This document shows positions 40,668-55,104 of a DNA stretch of 64,000 nt, one piece after another. Origin of the DNA: an uncultured Pseudomonadales bacterium (GTDB taxonomy: Bacteria; Pseudomonadota; Gammaproteobacteria; Pseudomonadales; JAHEIH01). Each line of letters begins with the position of its first letter. Positions within the stretch are counted from its first letter, which is position 1. The notes beneath the pieces were generated by a model. It ran no database searches and was not told the origin of the DNA. It saw only the letters and a program-made list of their open reading frames with translations. The position numbers and the translations under genes are program-made. The stretch lies in the NCBI GenBank assembly GCA_964598145.1, contig CAZRAM010000006.1:84440-148439 (forward strand), written 5' to 3'.

Positions 40668-41697
40668 GCGACCCGCTTGTGTGCAAGAGGGGGTGGATTT
40701 AAAGCCCCTAAATACCCTCGCCATCGCGGCGCGGGCGACTTATTTTGCCCGCGTCTCAGATACCGATTCCCTGCGCGAGGTTCTCGCCTGGCAGCGAGCA
40801 GCGTCGCTGCCGCTGTTGTTGCTGGGGGGTGGCAGTAACGTGGTGTTGCGCGGCGACTGGCATGGTCTGGTGCTGCAATATGGTGATAACACGGTTTCCC
40901 TGCACGAGCGCGACGGCGATGACGTGTTAGTGCGTGCCGGCGCCGGCGTCGTGTGGCACGAACTGGTGTGCTATTGCAGCGCACAAGGTTGGCATGGCTT
41001 GGAAAATCTCGCTCTCATTCCCGGCAGTGTCGGCGCCGCTCCCGTGCAAAATATTGGCGCCTATGGGGTCGAGCTCGACAGTTTGGTTGACAGTGTCGAG
41101 GTGGTGAAGTTGGCGAGTGGCATGACTGCCACGTTGAGCCGTGAGCAATGCCAGTTCGGCTACCGCGATAGCGTCTTCAAAAACCGTGCGGCGGGCCAGT
41201 ATCTCATCACTGCCGTGACGCTTAGGTTGACCAGCCAATTTTGTCCCGTATTGAGCTACCCCGCCTTGCGCGATGCACTACCTTGCGAAAACCCCAGCCC
41301 ACAACAACTGATCGACACGGTGGTGGCGGTGCGGCAGAGCAAATTGCCTGACCCTGCTAGGCTGCCCAATGCGGGAAGTTTCTTTAAAAATCCAGTGGTA
41401 CCGGCGCAGCAGGCCGCCCAGTTGCTTGAGCAATACCCCGCCATGCCACACTATCCCGCCGCCGCAGGCCAGCAAAAATTGGCCGCTGCGTGGCTGATCG
41501 ACCGCGCGGGTTGGCGTGGTAAAGCGCTTGGGCCGGTTGCAATGCACGACAAGCAAGCGCTGGTGTTAACCAACCCGGCGGGCGGCAGCGGCGCGCAAGT
41601 TTTGGCCTTGGCCGAGAGGGTGGCGCAGGACGTGTTGGCCCAATTCGGCGTCGCACTAGAGATCGAGCCGCAGTGCGTGGGAGGTGACCATGGATAG
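40660..41697 (+). CDS. murB: UDP-N-acetylenolpyruvoylglucosamine reductase
   Basis: Start set at ATG 40660 (MAKRPACVQEGVDLKPLNTL), overlapping the phosphatase stop by 8 nt. FAD-binding region LLLLGGGSNVVL. The upstream 148 codons of the 493-aa ORF overlap the phosphatase gene out of frame. Confidence 0.9.
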   Translation: MAKRPACVQEGVDLKPLNTLAIAARATYFARVSDTDSLREVLAWQRAASLPLLLLGGGSNVVLRGDWHGLVLQYGDNTVSLHERDGDDVLVRAGAGVVWHELVCYCSAQGWHGLENLALIPGSVGAAPVQNIGAYGVELDSLVDSVEVVKLASGMTATLSREQCQFGYRDSVFKNRAAGQYLITAVTLRLTSQFCPVLSYPALRDALPCENPSPQQLIDTVVAVRQSKLPDPARLPNAGSFFKNPVVPAQQAAQLLEQYPAMPHYPAAAGQQKLAAAWLIDRAGWRGKALGPVAMHDKQALVLTNPAGGSGAQVLALAERVAQDVLAQFGVALEIEPQCVGGDHG

Positions 41698-43528
41698 CAA
41701 CGCCGCGGGCTTTGAGCACAAAACCTACCTGAAGACCTTGACCACCCGGCCGGGTGTCTACCAAATGTTCGATACTGCCGGCGAACTTCTTTACGTCGGC
41801 AAGGCTAAGAATCTTAAGAATCGCGTGTCGTCGTACTTTCGGGCGCGTGGCCTGAGTGCTAAGACGGTGGCGCTGGTGAATAAAATTGCCCGCATCGAAG
41901 TCACCGTGACCCGAACAGAGACCGAAGCGCTGCTGCTGGAACACAACCTGATCCGCACCCACAAACCGCCCTACAACATTCTGCTGCGCGACGATAAGTC
42001 CTTCCCCTACGTGTTTGTCTCCGATGGCGATTGGCCGCGCTTATCGGTCCACCGCGGGCCGCGCCGGGCCAAGGGGCGCTACTTTGGCCCCTATCCCAAC
42101 GTAGCCGCGGTGCGCCAAAGCATGGAGTTCTTGCAGAAGGTTTTCCAAGTGCGGCAGTGCGAGGATAGCTACTTTGCCAACCGCACCCGGCCCTGCCTGC
42201 AATATCAAATTGGTCGTTGCCTTGGGCCCTGTACGGATCGGGTCAGCCGCGAGGACTACGATCAAGCGGTGGAAGATACGGTGCATATCCTTGAAGGCAA
42301 AAGCGAGGATGTCACCAAGGAATTGATTGCCCGTATGGAAGAGGCCTCGATGTCGCTGGACTTTGAGCGCGCGGCTGAATACCGCGACAGGGTGAATTAT
42401 CTGCGCCACTTGCAGGCCTCGCAGTACGTCAGCGGCGAAACCGGCGATATCGATGTGTTAGCGGTGCTGTCTGAAGCCGGTCACGCCTGCATTCAACATC
42501 TCTACATACGTAACGGTCAGGTGCTGGGAAGTCGTAGTCACTTCCCCAAGCTGCGCTTGGAGGAGTCCTCGCAAGATATTCTCAGCAATTACATCGCCCA
42601 GCGTTATCTCGCCAGCGACAGCCAGTTTAGTGCGCCGAAAGAGATCTTTGTCAATGCGGAGTTGGATGAGCGGGCCTTGCTAGAAGACGCCCTCAGCGAG
42701 CACTTCAAGCGCCGCACCGCGATTCGCAGTGAGTTGCGCGGTGAGCGTCAGCGCTGGCTCAATTTGGCGGTCAATACCGCGCAACAAAATTTGATGTCGG
42801 TGATCAACGATAAGCAAAATGTGTTGCAGCGCTTTGAATCGCTGCGCGATGTGCTGCAGTGGGATGATATGCCGCGCCGCTTGGAGTGTTTTGATATCAG
42901 CCACAGTAGCGGCGAGTTAACGGTCGCTTCCTGCGTGGTGTTCGATACCCAAGGACCGCTCAAGTCGGACTACCGGCGCTTTAACATCAAGGACATCACC
43001 CCGGGTGACGATTACGCCGCCATGAACCAAGCCATCGAGCGCCGCTACCAGCGCAAGAGTGACGACGAGCAAAAATTGCCCGACCTGCTGGTGATCGACG
43101 GTGGCAAGGGGCAGGTAGGGCAGGCCGAAGAGGCGCTGTTGCAGGTGCAAGTCAGCATCCCTGTGATCGGCATCGCCAAAGGCACTACCCGTAAGGCGGG
43201 TTTTGAAACACTCATTTGTCGCGAGGGAGATGTTTGGCGAGAATCTGTGTTACCCTCTGACCACCCGGCGCTGCACCTACTGCAACATATTCGCGATGAG
43301 GCCCACCGCTTTGCGATTACCGGTCACCGCGCGCGTCGAGGTAAGAAACGCCAAACGTCGAGTTTAGAGTCCATCCCCGGGATTGGTCCCAAGCGACGCA
43401 AGGAATTGCTCAATCACTTTGGTGGAATCCAAGGGGTGCAACGCGCCTCGGTGGAAGAGTTACAAGCCGTGTCATCGATCAATAAAAAGATGGCACAAGA
43501 TATTTACGACGCCCTGCACACGCACTAG
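41690..43528 (+). CDS. uvrC: Excinuclease ABC subunit C
   Basis: GIY-YIG motif GVYQMFD...LLYVGKAKNLKNRV, UVR domain, and C-terminal HhH (IPGIGPKRRKELLNHFG). ATG 41690 is preceded by GGAGG. Confidence 0.95.
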   Translation: MDSNAAGFEHKTYLKTLTTRPGVYQMFDTAGELLYVGKAKNLKNRVSSYFRARGLSAKTVALVNKIARIEVTVTRTETEALLLEHNLIRTHKPPYNILLRDDKSFPYVFVSDGDWPRLSVHRGPRRAKGRYFGPYPNVAAVRQSMEFLQKVFQVRQCEDSYFANRTRPCLQYQIGRCLGPCTDRVSREDYDQAVEDTVHILEGKSEDVTKELIARMEEASMSLDFERAAEYRDRVNYLRHLQASQYVSGETGDIDVLAVLSEAGHACIQHLYIRNGQVLGSRSHFPKLRLEESSQDILSNYIAQRYLASDSQFSAPKEIFVNAELDERALLEDALSEHFKRRTAIRSELRGERQRWLNLAVNTAQQNLMSVINDKQNVLQRFESLRDVLQWDDMPRRLECFDISHSSGELTVASCVVFDTQGPLKSDYRRFNIKDITPGDDYAAMNQAIERRYQRKSDDEQKLPDLLVIDGGKGQVGQAEEALLQVQVSIPVIGIAKGTTRKAGFETLICREGDVWRESVLPSDHPALHLLQHIRDEAHRFAITGHRARRGKKRQTSSLESIPGIGPKRRKELLNHFGGIQGVQRASVEELQAVSSINKKMAQDIYDALHTH

Positions 43529-43543
43529 GCCTAAGGACACTGA

Positions 43544-44116
43544 ATGAACATCCCAAACATTCTCACCGGTTTTCGAATTCTGCTTATCCCGGTGCTCGTG
43601 TTGGTGTACTACTTGCCAGTGAGCTGGAATTACACCGCGGCGTGTGCCGTCTTTTTAGCCGCGGCGGTGACCGATTATTTCGATGGCTACCTTGCGCGCA
43701 AGCTCGATCAAATGACACCCTTCGGTGCCTTTCTCGATCCCGTGGCAGATAAAATTATGGTGGCGGTGGCGCTAGTATTGTTGACCGAGCAGTACAGCTC
43801 GCCCTGGTTTGCTGTGCCTGCGGCCATCATCATCGGTCGTGAAATCGTGATTTCTGCACTGCGTGAGTGGATGGCTGAACTGGGCAAACGCACCTCGGTG
43901 GCGGTGTCTTTCATCGGTAAGGTGAAGACCTTTGTGCAAATGGGTGCGCTGACCGTGTTGCTGGCATTTCCCAATGGCTCAGGGTGGATGTCCTACCTTG
44001 GTTTGGTGGCGCTTTACGTCGCCGCGGGCCTAACCCTTTGGTCGATGATCATCTATCTGAACGCCGCTTGGCCCGACTTGATCAAACATGCAGCAAAAGA
44101 CTCGGAAAACGAGTAA
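43544..44116 (+). CDS. pgsA: CDP-diacylglycerol--glycerol-3-phosphate 3-phosphatidyltransferase
   Basis: 190 aa. CDP-alcohol phosphotransferase motif [27 protein letters not shown]. Confidence 0.95.
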   Translation: MNIPNILTGFRILLIPVLVLVYYLPVSWNYTAACAVFLAAAVTDYFDGYLARKLDQMTPFGAFLDPVADKIMVAVALVLLTEQYSSPWFAVPAAIIIGREIVISALREWMAELGKRTSVAVSFIGKVKTFVQMGALTVLLAFPNGSGWMSYLGLVALYVAAGLTLWSMIIYLNAAWPDLIKHAAKDSENE

Positions 44117-44200
44117 TTTTCTAGCCTGAGAGGGTACACTTTAGCGTCAAATTTGGTATGGTATGGCGCTAATAAAAACATCTTGGGTAAACGCCGCTCA

Positions 44201-47200
44201 ATGCGCCTTAAATCAATCAAACTTGCTGGTTTTAAATCTTTCGTGGATCCCACGACGGTGACCTTGCCTGGCAATTTGTGCGCGGTTGTCGGCCCCAATG
44301 GCTGTGGTAAATCTAATATCATCGATGCCGTGCGCTGGGTAATGGGCGAGAGCTCGGCGAAAAACCTGCGCGGCGAAAACATGACCGACGTTATCTTCAA
44401 CGGGTCTGGGGCGCGCAAGCCGGTTGGTCAAGCCTCCATCGAGCTGGTATTCGACAACAGCGAAGACAGCGGTAAACTCACTGGCGAATACGCCGCCTTC
44501 AACGAAATCTCCATCCGCCGCAAGGTGACCCGTGAAGGGCAGAATTTTTACTATTTGAACGGCACCAAGTGTCGCCGTCGCGACATCACCGATATCTTCC
44601 TTGGTACGGGCCTTGGTCCACGCAGCTACGCCATCATCGAACAGGGCATGATCTCGCGCTTGATCGAGGCCAAGCCAGAGGAACTGCGCGTCTACATCGA
44701 AGAAGCGGCCGGTATTTCCAAGTACAAAGAGCGCCGTCGCGACACCGAAAACCGCATCCGTCGCACCCATGAAAACCTCGAGCGATTGACCGATTTGCGC
44801 GAAGAGCTTGAACGCCAGTTGCAACACTTGAAGCGTCAAGCCGCGGCCGCGGAGCGGTACACCGAATACAAGAAAGAAGAGCGCGTACTCAAGGCCCAGT
44901 TGCAAGCCATCCAGTGGAAAAAACTGGATGAGCAAACTGAACAGCGCAACTTGGCGGTGGCCACCCTAGAAACCAATTTAGAAGCCATTATCACCGAGCA
45001 GCGCGAGGCCATCACCGCCATTGAAACCAAGCGCCAGGCCTACACAGATGCCGGTGACCACTTCAATCAAGTGCAGGGTCGCTTCTACAGCGTCGGCGCT
45101 GAAATTGCCCGCAACGAGCAAACCATTCAGCACCGCAAAGAGCGTAACCGCCAGTTGGCGGCTGACCTTGAACAGACCGAATACAATTTGGAACAAGCCA
45201 GCGAACACCTGCGCGACGACAAGCAAAAGCTAGAAGCGTGGGAAGAGGAGTTACTGCAGGTCGAGCCCGAATTGGAAATGCAGCAAGCCGCCGCTGACGA
45301 GTCATCGGATGAGTTGCTGCAGGCGGAAGAGCAGATGAACGCTTGGCAGCAGCAGTGGGATCAGTTCAACCAGACCGCCGCGCAACCTAGACAGCACGCA
45401 GAAGTTCAACAATCCCGTATCCAGCACGCCGAGAAAGTGCTGCAAAGCCTAAACGAGCGCGTGAAGCGTTTGCAGGCGGAGTTGGATGGCCTGAAAGGCG
45501 ACGACGGCGGTGAAGATATCGATCTGTTGAGCGAACAAATTGCCGAACTTGAGTTGTACAGCCAAGAGCAGCAGGAACGTCTCGAGGAAAATATCGAAGC
45601 GCTAGAGCAGGCGCGCAGCGAAGCCAAACAACACGCCTCGGCGCTGGATACTGCTCGCACCGAATTACAGCGCTTGCGCGGTAAGCAAGCGTCGCTTGAG
45701 GCCTTACAGCAAGCGGCCCAAGGCTCTGCCGGAGGCGATGTGCAGCGCTGGCTGGATAAACAAAGCCTAGCCGCGCAGCCGCGCTTGGCAGACAGCTTGG
45801 TCGTTAACGAGGGCTGGGAAAAGGCGGTTGAGACCGTGTTGGGCGAATGCCTGCAAGCTGTGATTGTCGACGATCTCAATGCCCATGCGACTGAGATAGC
45901 TGGATTGGCTAAAGGAAGTTTGCAACTGCTGGAAAAAACCACAGCCACTGGCGCGCGTGAATTTGCACTGCCAGCCCTCGCCGGTTTAGTCGAGGGCGCC
46001 ACGAGCCTGCTGCACGGTATCTACGCCGCCGCCGATTTAGATGAGGCACTGGCACAGCGTAGTCAATTACAAGCCGGCGAGTCCATCGTTACCCGCCGTG
46101 GCGAGTGGCTTGGCCGCGATTGGATCCGAGTGATCGCTGCCCGTGACGCCAGTGAAGGCGTGATGCAGCGCAAACAAGATTTAGACACCATCGTTGAGGC
46201 AATCGACGTTGAGGAAGCACGCGTCGCTGAGTGCGAAGGCAGCATGCAAGACGCGCAAGAAACCATTCGCCTATGCGAACAACAGCGCGACCAGTTGCAA
46301 CGCGAACTGGCCGACATCAATAAAAAACAAGGCGACCTTACCGCCCAATTGAGTGCCAAGCGGGTGCGCATCGAACAGACGTTGGTACAACGTGAGCGCC
46401 TTGCTGCCGATATCGACGACGCTAAGCAGCAGTACGCCGCCGAGAACGAGGCCCTAGCCGAGTCGCGTATGATGTTGCAAGAGGCGCTAGAGTTGATGGA
46501 GAGCGATACCGATCAGCGCGAGGCCCTGTTGCGCCAGCGCGATGAGTTGCGCGCCGCGCTCGATGATGTTCGCCAACGCGCCCGCCACCAGCGCGACGTT
46601 GGCCACCAATTGGCGATGCGCCACCAATCCTTGATGACCCAGTTGGCGTCGGTTAAGCAAAGCTGTGAGCGCAGCCAGCAGCAAGTGGCGCAGTTAGCGG
46701 AACGCCGCCGCGATTTGCAGGCCTCGCTGTCGGAAGATGGCAATCCCATCGAGGAAATTCAAGAAACCCTCGAGGCGCTTTTACAGCAGCGCATGGAAGT
46801 GGAAGGCGAATTAGAAGACGCGCGCCGTGCACTGGAAGTATTGGAGCAGGACATGCGAGAGGTGGAGCGCAAGCGCAACGACGCCGAACAACGCGCCAAC
46901 ACTTTGCGCGGCCAATTGGAGAAAGTCCGCCTCGATGCCCAGACCGTCGACGTGCGTCGCGCAGGTCTGCAACAGCAACTGGAGGAATCCGGCTTTAAAC
47001 TTGAGGCTGTGTTGGAATTGTTGCCTGAAGAGGCTACCGAGGAAGGCTGGAGCAAACAGTTGGAAGACATGGCGGCGCGTATCAATCGCCTCGGTGCCAT
47101 CAACCTAGCCGCCATCGATGAATACAAAACCCAGGCCGAGCGCAAAGACTATCTCGACGCCCAAAACGACGAGTTGTTGGAGGCGTTGGAGACCTTGGAG

Positions 47201-47704
47201 AACGCGATCAAAAAGATCGATCGCGAGACCCGAACCCGTTTCAAAGAGACCTTTGATAAGGTTAACAATGGCTTAAAAGAGCTGTTCCCCCGTGTATTCG
47301 GTGGCGGCCATGCCTACTTGGAACTGACCGGCGACGATATGCTCAACACAGGTATCGCCATTATGGCGCGCCCACCTGGCAAACGTAACTCGACCATTCA
47401 CTTGCTCTCCGGTGGTGAAAAGGCACTAACAGCAATCGCGCTGGTATTTTCTATTTTCCGACTCAATCCAGCGCCGTTTTGTATGTTGGATGAGGTCGAT
47501 GCGCCGCTCGACGACGCAAACGTTGGACGCTACGCCCGCATGGTGAGCGAGATGTCCGCCCACGTTCAATTTATTTACATTACCCACAACAAGATCGCCA
47601 TGGAAATGGCGAGCCATCTGTTGGGTGTCACCATGCACGAGCCTGGCGTGTCGCGACTTGTGACCGTCGATGTTGAGGAAGCTGCCGAATTGGCAGCCAT
47701 GTAG
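44201..47704 (+). CDS. smc: Chromosome segregation protein SMC
   Basis: Start set at ATG 44201 ([14 protein letters not shown]). Walker [10 protein letters not shown], long coiled coils with a central hinge, signature LSGGEKALT and Walker [12 protein letters not shown]. Confidence 0.95.
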   Translation: MRLKSIKLAGFKSFVDPTTVTLPGNLCAVVGPNGCGKSNIIDAVRWVMGESSAKNLRGENMTDVIFNGSGARKPVGQASIELVFDNSEDSGKLTGEYAAFNEISIRRKVTREGQNFYYLNGTKCRRRDITDIFLGTGLGPRSYAIIEQGMISRLIEAKPEELRVYIEEAAGISKYKERRRDTENRIRRTHENLERLTDLREELERQLQHLKRQAAAAERYTEYKKEERVLKAQLQAIQWKKLDEQTEQRNLAVATLETNLEAIITEQREAITAIETKRQAYTDAGDHFNQVQGRFYSVGAEIARNEQTIQHRKERNRQLAADLEQTEYNLEQASEHLRDDKQKLEAWEEELLQVEPELEMQQAAADESSDELLQAEEQMNAWQQQWDQFNQTAAQPRQHAEVQQSRIQHAEKVLQSLNERVKRLQAELDGLKGDDGGEDIDLLSEQIAELELYSQEQQERLEENIEALEQARSEAKQHASALDTARTELQRLRGKQASLEALQQAAQGSAGGDVQRWLDKQSLAAQPRLADSLVVNEGWEKAVETVLGECLQAVIVDDLNAHATEIAGLAKGSLQLLEKTTATGAREFALPALAGLVEGATSLLHGIYAAADLDEALAQRSQLQAGESIVTRRGEWLGRDWIRVIAARDASEGVMQRKQDLDTIVEAIDVEEARVAECEGSMQDAQETIRLCEQQRDQLQRELADINKKQGDLTAQLSAKRVRIEQTLVQRERLAADIDDAKQQYAAENEALAESRMMLQEALELMESDTDQREALLRQRDELRAALDDVRQRARHQRDVGHQLAMRHQSLMTQLASVKQSCERSQQQVAQLAERRRDLQASLSEDGNPIEEIQETLEALLQQRMEVEGELEDARRALEVLEQDMREVERKRNDAEQRANTLRGQLEKVRLDAQTVDVRRAGLQQQLEESGFKLEAVLELLPEEATEEGWSKQLEDMAARINRLGAINLAAIDEYKTQAERKDYLDAQNDELLEALETLENAIKKIDRETRTRFKETFDKVNNGLKELFPRVFGGGHAYLELTGDDMLNTGIAIMARPPGKRNSTIHLLSGGEKALTAIALVFSIFRLNPAPFCMLDEVDAPLDDANVGRYARMVSEMSAHVQFIYITHNKIAMEMASHLLGVTMHEPGVSRLVTVDVEEAAELAAM

Positions 47705-47717
47705 GAATCGTCTAGCT

Positions 47718-51132
<3,415 letters not shown>

Positions 51133-51133
<1 letters not shown>

Positions 51134-51738
51134 TGTCTAGATTACTTCTACTGGTGGCGGCCATTATTTTATTGCCGGCCTGTAGCACGGCGCCGCCGAG
51201 CAACGTGAATGATATTTGCGATATCTTTGAAGAGAAGGACGATTGGTACGACGATGCGGCAGATGCCGCTGAAAAGTGGAATGTGCCGGTCCAGGATATC
51301 ATGGCGATCATGCACCAAGAATCGCGCTTTGTGCACGACGCACAGCCACCGCGCCGCAAAATTTTGTGGATCATCCCAGGGCCAAGGTTGTCCAGTGCCT
51401 ATGGCTATCCTCAGGCTAAAACCGAGACCTGGGAAACCTATCAACGCGCCACGGGTGCCTACGGTGCCGATCGAGATGATTTTGAAGACGCCGCCGATTT
51501 TGTTGGCTGGTACACCAATACGTCCTACAAGCGTTGCGGTATTAACCGCGGCGATACCTACGCGTCATACCTGGCGTATCACGAGGGCCACGGCGGCTAT
51601 AATCGCCGAACCTACAACAAGAAAGCGTGGTTGAAAAAAGTGGCGCAGAAGGTTCAAACGCGCGCCAGAACCTACCGTCAGCAGTTGGATGGCTGTGAAA
51701 AGAGTCTGCAGCGCAAGGGCTTTTTTGATTGGTTCTAG
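51133..51738 (+). CDS. Lipoprotein with SLT-like (lytic transglycosylase-like) motif
   Basis: 201 aa with GTG start and lipobox LLPAC. MAIMHQESRF resembles the catalytic Glu-Ser of SLT domains. The family call is tentative. Confidence 0.55.
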
Positions 51739-52937
51739 TGGTGTTCCCACCACAGCCAGATAGCGGTCACACTCATAACGCCAAAGGCAAAGTAGGGCGG
51801 GGCTGCAGGCGTCCACTCGTAGAGTAAGCCCGCTAGCACGGGGCCGAGGATAAAGCCCATGGCGGGAATGGATGAAATTAGCCCAGAAATGGCACCTTGA
51901 TCGTGCACTTCCACCGACATCGACGCCCCGGAAAAAATATTGGGCATGGTCAGCCCTAATCCCAAGCCGTGGATGCACATACCGATTAACAAACCGTAGA
52001 AGCTAGGCACGGTGGCGTAGATCAACAATCCTGCCGTCATAAGGCTGACCCCGCGGCGAATAAACTGCTGCGGGCTCAGGTCCCACCCCTGAATTAACAC
52101 CATCTGTGCGAAAACCGAGCTTATGGCGCCGAGCATCAGTACCATGCCGGTGTATTGCACCGTGTCTACTGCGTCCAGACCAAGGCTGTCTTGAAGGGTA
52201 AAGGCGAGGGTTTGTTGCACGCTCGAATACGCTAGGAACACACCGAGGGTGGCGAGGATGAAATGGCGATAGCGCGCGTCGTTATAGCGCAATTTAGCGC
52301 GAGCGTTGCGATCGATCAGCTGTCGGGAGGCTGGCAGCATTACCGCGATGCCTAGCATGGCTAAGAAGGTTAACACCGAGCTGAACAACAGCGGCGCGAG
52401 TAAACTAATGCTAGCCAAAAAGCCGGCCACGGCGGGGCCTGTGATAGTGCCTAGATTGGTCGCCGCGCCAATCTTGGCGTAGGCCCGTTGTCGGCCAGCG
52501 GGCGCGGCGTTGTCGGCGATATAGGCGGTTACCGCAGGGTTGGTGGCCGACATCACGCTAGACTGCATCAGGCGTGTCATATAGGCCACCACATAGAAGG
52601 TGGTGCCGGTCAATACCGCGGTGAGCCCTAAATAGAAGCTGCCGGCGAACAAGGCGTTACCGACACTGTAGCCGGCCAGTCCGAGGATAATCAGCGGGCG
52701 TCGCCCAAAGCGGTCGCTCAAGCGCCCCCAGCGCACGCTCATGAAGGAATAAATGAGGGCCGAAGTGGAGATGAGGAAGGTGATTTGAACTTCGCGTAAG
52801 CCCACTTCACGGCCCAGCGCCGGCAGGATGGCGAACACTAACGTTTGCCCCATGTTGATGCAGTACATACACAGCGCTAACAACGTCAGTTGTTTTCCCG
52901 ACAGGTGGTGGTTGTCGGCGCTGTTCGATATGCTCAT
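51735..52937 (-). CDS. MFS transporter
   Basis: 400 aa with about 12 TM helices. MFS loop motif GRLSDRFGRRP between TM2 and TM3. Confidence 0.88.
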   Translation of the reverse strand: MSISNSADNHHLSGKQLTLLALCMYCINMGQTLVFAILPALGREVGLREVQITFLISTSALIYSFMSVRWGRLSDRFGRRPLIILGLAGYSVGNALFAGSFYLGLTAVLTGTTFYVVAYMTRLMQSSVMSATNPAVTAYIADNAAPAGRQRAYAKIGAATNLGTITGPAVAGFLASISLLAPLLFSSVLTFLAMLGIAVMLPASRQLIDRNARAKLRYNDARYRHFILATLGVFLAYSSVQQTLAFTLQDSLGLDAVDTVQYTGMVLMLGAISSVFAQMVLIQGWDLSPQQFIRRGVSLMTAGLLIYATVPSFYGLLIGMCIHGLGLGLTMPNIFSGASMSVEVHDQGAISGLISSIPAMGFILGPVLAGLLYEWTPAAPPYFAFGVMSVTAIWLWWEHH

Positions 52938-53022
52938 AGCAATCCTTGCACGCGGCTAGTGTGGTGATAAATAGTTAGCTAGTATAACGGAAATACCCTC
53001 ATAGAGAGAGCGCAAAACTGTC

Positions 53023-54012
53023 ATGTCTAGCATGCGATATATTGACCATCCCGCCCCAGAAGTTACCGCCCTAACCCTAGTTGAGGGGCCGCGCCCCGAG
53101 CCCGCCGCGGGCGAAGTGCTGATAAAGGTGAGCCATTTTGGTATCAACCGCCCCGACGTGATGCAGCGCCTGGGGCTCTATCCCCCGCCAGCAGATGCAT
53201 CACCGGTACTCGGGTTGGAGTTATCAGGAGAAATCGTGGCACTAGGGGAGGGTGTAAGCCAGTGGCAGTTGGGCGATAATGTGTGTGCGCTAGCCAATGG
53301 CGGCGCCTACGCCGAGTTTTGTGCGGTGCCCGAAGGGCAGTGCTTACCCATCCCCGCGGGGCTGAGTATGGCCGAGGCGGCGAGTTTGCCAGAGGTGATG
53401 TTTACCGTGTGGACTAATGTTTTCATGGATGCCCACCTTCAACCTGGGGAAACCTTTTTAGTTCACGCCGGCGCCAGCGGTATCGGCAGCGCAGCCATAC
53501 AAATGGCATCGGCGATGGGGTGCCGAGTGATTACCACCGCATCCAGTGACGAAAAATGCCAGTATTGTCGAGACCTAGGGGCAGATGAGGCGATTAATTA
53601 CCAGCGTGAAGATTTTGTAGAGGTGGTGAAAAAGCTCACCGATAAGCGCGGTGCCGATGTCATTTTGGATATGGTTGGCGGGGATTATGTGGCGCGTAAC
53701 ATCGCCTGTGCGGCCTTTGATGGCCGTGTTGTCAATATCGCCTTTCTGCGTGGTTCGCAGGTTGAGGTGAACCTTATGCCAGTGCTGCTCAAGCGTTTGA
53801 CCCTAGGGGGCTCGACCTTGCGACCACGCACGGCAGAACACAAGGCCAAAATTGCTCAGCAACTTGCGCAGCATATCTGGCCGTTGATCGAAGCCAAGCG
53901 CATTGTGCCCACTGTGGCGCTGTGCCTGCCCTGGCAGCGTGTGGCCGAAGCTCACGCAGCGATGGAGAGCAATGCTTTGTTGGGCAAGGCCGTGTTAGAA
54001 GTCACGCCGTGA
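53023..54012 (+). CDS. NAD(P)H:quinone oxidoreductase, medium-chain dehydrogenase/reductase family
   Basis: 329 aa. Zeta-crystallin/Qor-like with the nucleotide-binding motif VHAGASGIGSAAIQ. Confidence 0.85.
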   Translation: MSSMRYIDHPAPEVTALTLVEGPRPEPAAGEVLIKVSHFGINRPDVMQRLGLYPPPADASPVLGLELSGEIVALGEGVSQWQLGDNVCALANGGAYAEFCAVPEGQCLPIPAGLSMAEAASLPEVMFTVWTNVFMDAHLQPGETFLVHAGASGIGSAAIQMASAMGCRVITTASSDEKCQYCRDLGADEAINYQREDFVEVVKKLTDKRGADVILDMVGGDYVARNIACAAFDGRVVNIAFLRGSQVEVNLMPVLLKRLTLGGSTLRPRTAEHKAKIAQQLAQHIWPLIEAKRIVPTVALCLPWQRVAEAHAAMESNALLGKAVLEVTP

Positions 54013-54464
54013 AACAGCTGCTATTGATTTACCACAGTCAGTCTGGGCGCAACGAGCGCCTAGCGGAACAGCTCTATCTCGGCGCACGGCAGGGTGGGGA
54101 AGTGCAAGTACAATTGTTGCGCAGCGTCGATGTTGAGTTAGGGCACTTACAGCGTGCCGATGGTGTCGTACTTTTGGGGGCAGAAAACTTTGGTCTTCCC
54201 AATGGCATGATGCTCGATTGTCTTGCCCGCCAGTTTTATTGCGCTGGTGAGTCTCTGGCGGGAATACCCTACGCAGTAGTGATGTCCACGGGTAATGGTG
54301 GCGCTGGGGCCCTGCGTTACTTGGAGAGTTTTTTAGGCGCGATGGGCATGCGCGAGTGCCAACCCGCCTTGGTCTTTCACGGCGAACTCGGTGCTCAGCA
54401 CGAACGCGAGTGTCGCAACATGGGCGAGGCATTTGGCGCCGCCTTGGCAATGGGGATCTATTAA
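54009..54464 (+). CDS. Flavodoxin-like fold protein (putative NAD(P)H-dependent FMN reductase type)
   Basis: Start set at GTG 54009 (VKQLLLIYHSQSGRNERL, flavodoxin-like first strand and phosphate loop), overlapping the preceding stop in GTGA. The longest ORF (53922) overlaps the oxidoreductase by 91 nt. Confidence 0.6.
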   Translation: MKQLLLIYHSQSGRNERLAEQLYLGARQGGEVQVQLLRSVDVELGHLQRADGVVLLGAENFGLPNGMMLDCLARQFYCAGESLAGIPYAVVMSTGNGGAGALRYLESFLGAMGMRECQPALVFHGELGAQHERECRNMGEAFGAALAMGIY

Positions 54465-54650
54465 TTTTATGTGGCGAGCAATTATTGCTTGCCAAAAAAA
54501 AACTTTCCTATTATAAGGCACTTGTGGAGCGTTATGCGGTTCTAAACACAGAAGCTTCCACGGTATCTGGCACCCAAGTTGTGCCATGGTCGACCGAATC
54601 GGCGGAGACGATTCGACAGTATTGATTCTATTGATGCGAGGCTGATATTT

Positions 54651-55046
54651 ATGCTGAACACCAACCGCAAAACACTTTGGTACGGTAAGCTGGACACTCC
54701 GAATTTCAGCAATACAGTACTTTTTGACCCTGAGCTGCCAGAGCCGCCCAAGGGTAAGCTTTACCTCTATAATCACGATCGTGGCCAAGTGGTGCAGTAC
54801 GTGCACGACCTTGTATCGCCGCGACTGCGCGATTTGACCGAACAAGAATTGGTGGAAATGCAAGAGGCGATTGCCAACCATTGGGAAGGGGTAAAAAAGG
54901 AGTTCATTCGAACCCATACCATTCCCACGCGAGCAGCGCCGGCCAGTGCTCCGACGTCGCGTAGCCGTAACCTCGACGATGACATCGACGACAGCGGTAG
55001 CGATGATGATTTTGGTGGCGATTTCGATTTAGATATGGACGATTAA
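54651..55046 (+). CDS. Hypothetical protein with poly-acidic tail
   Basis: Start set at ATG 54651 (MLNTNRKTLWYG). C-terminus is DDDIDDSGSDDDFGGDFDLDMDD. Preferred over the antisense 194-aa ORF, whose composition is not protein-like. Confidence 0.5.
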   Translation: MLNTNRKTLWYGKLDTPNFSNTVLFDPELPEPPKGKLYLYNHDRGQVVQYVHDLVSPRLRDLTEQELVEMQEAIANHWEGVKKEFIRTHTIPTRAAPASAPTSRSRNLDDDIDDSGSDDDFGGDFDLDMDD

Positions 55047-55104
55047 TCGCACATCGACATCGAACGCGTTATGATAACGTCGTCTTTTTTAGAATAATTT
55101 AAAA

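Noticed and set aside
54473-54502. Hairpin GGCGAGCAA-tta-TTGCTTGCC followed by A9, just after the flavodoxin-like gene.
   Set aside because: The run after the stem is A rather than T on the + strand, and on the minus strand the T-run precedes the stem. It does not fit an intrinsic terminator in either direction.
54568-54582. Sigma54-like element TGGCAC-ccaag-TTGT about 70 nt upstream of the 54651 ORF. It is also a TGGCAC/GTGCCA hairpin.
   Set aside because: The nearly invariant GC of the -12 element is GT here, and no enhancer-binding protein gene is adjacent. This is not enough for a promoter call.
54333-54917. 194-aa minus-strand ORF spanning the flavodoxin-like gene end and the 54651 ORF.
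   Set aside because: Its composition is not protein-like. It overlaps two + strand ORFs that have better starts and plausible sequence, so the + strand ORF 54651-55046 was kept instead (itself only at moderate confidence).
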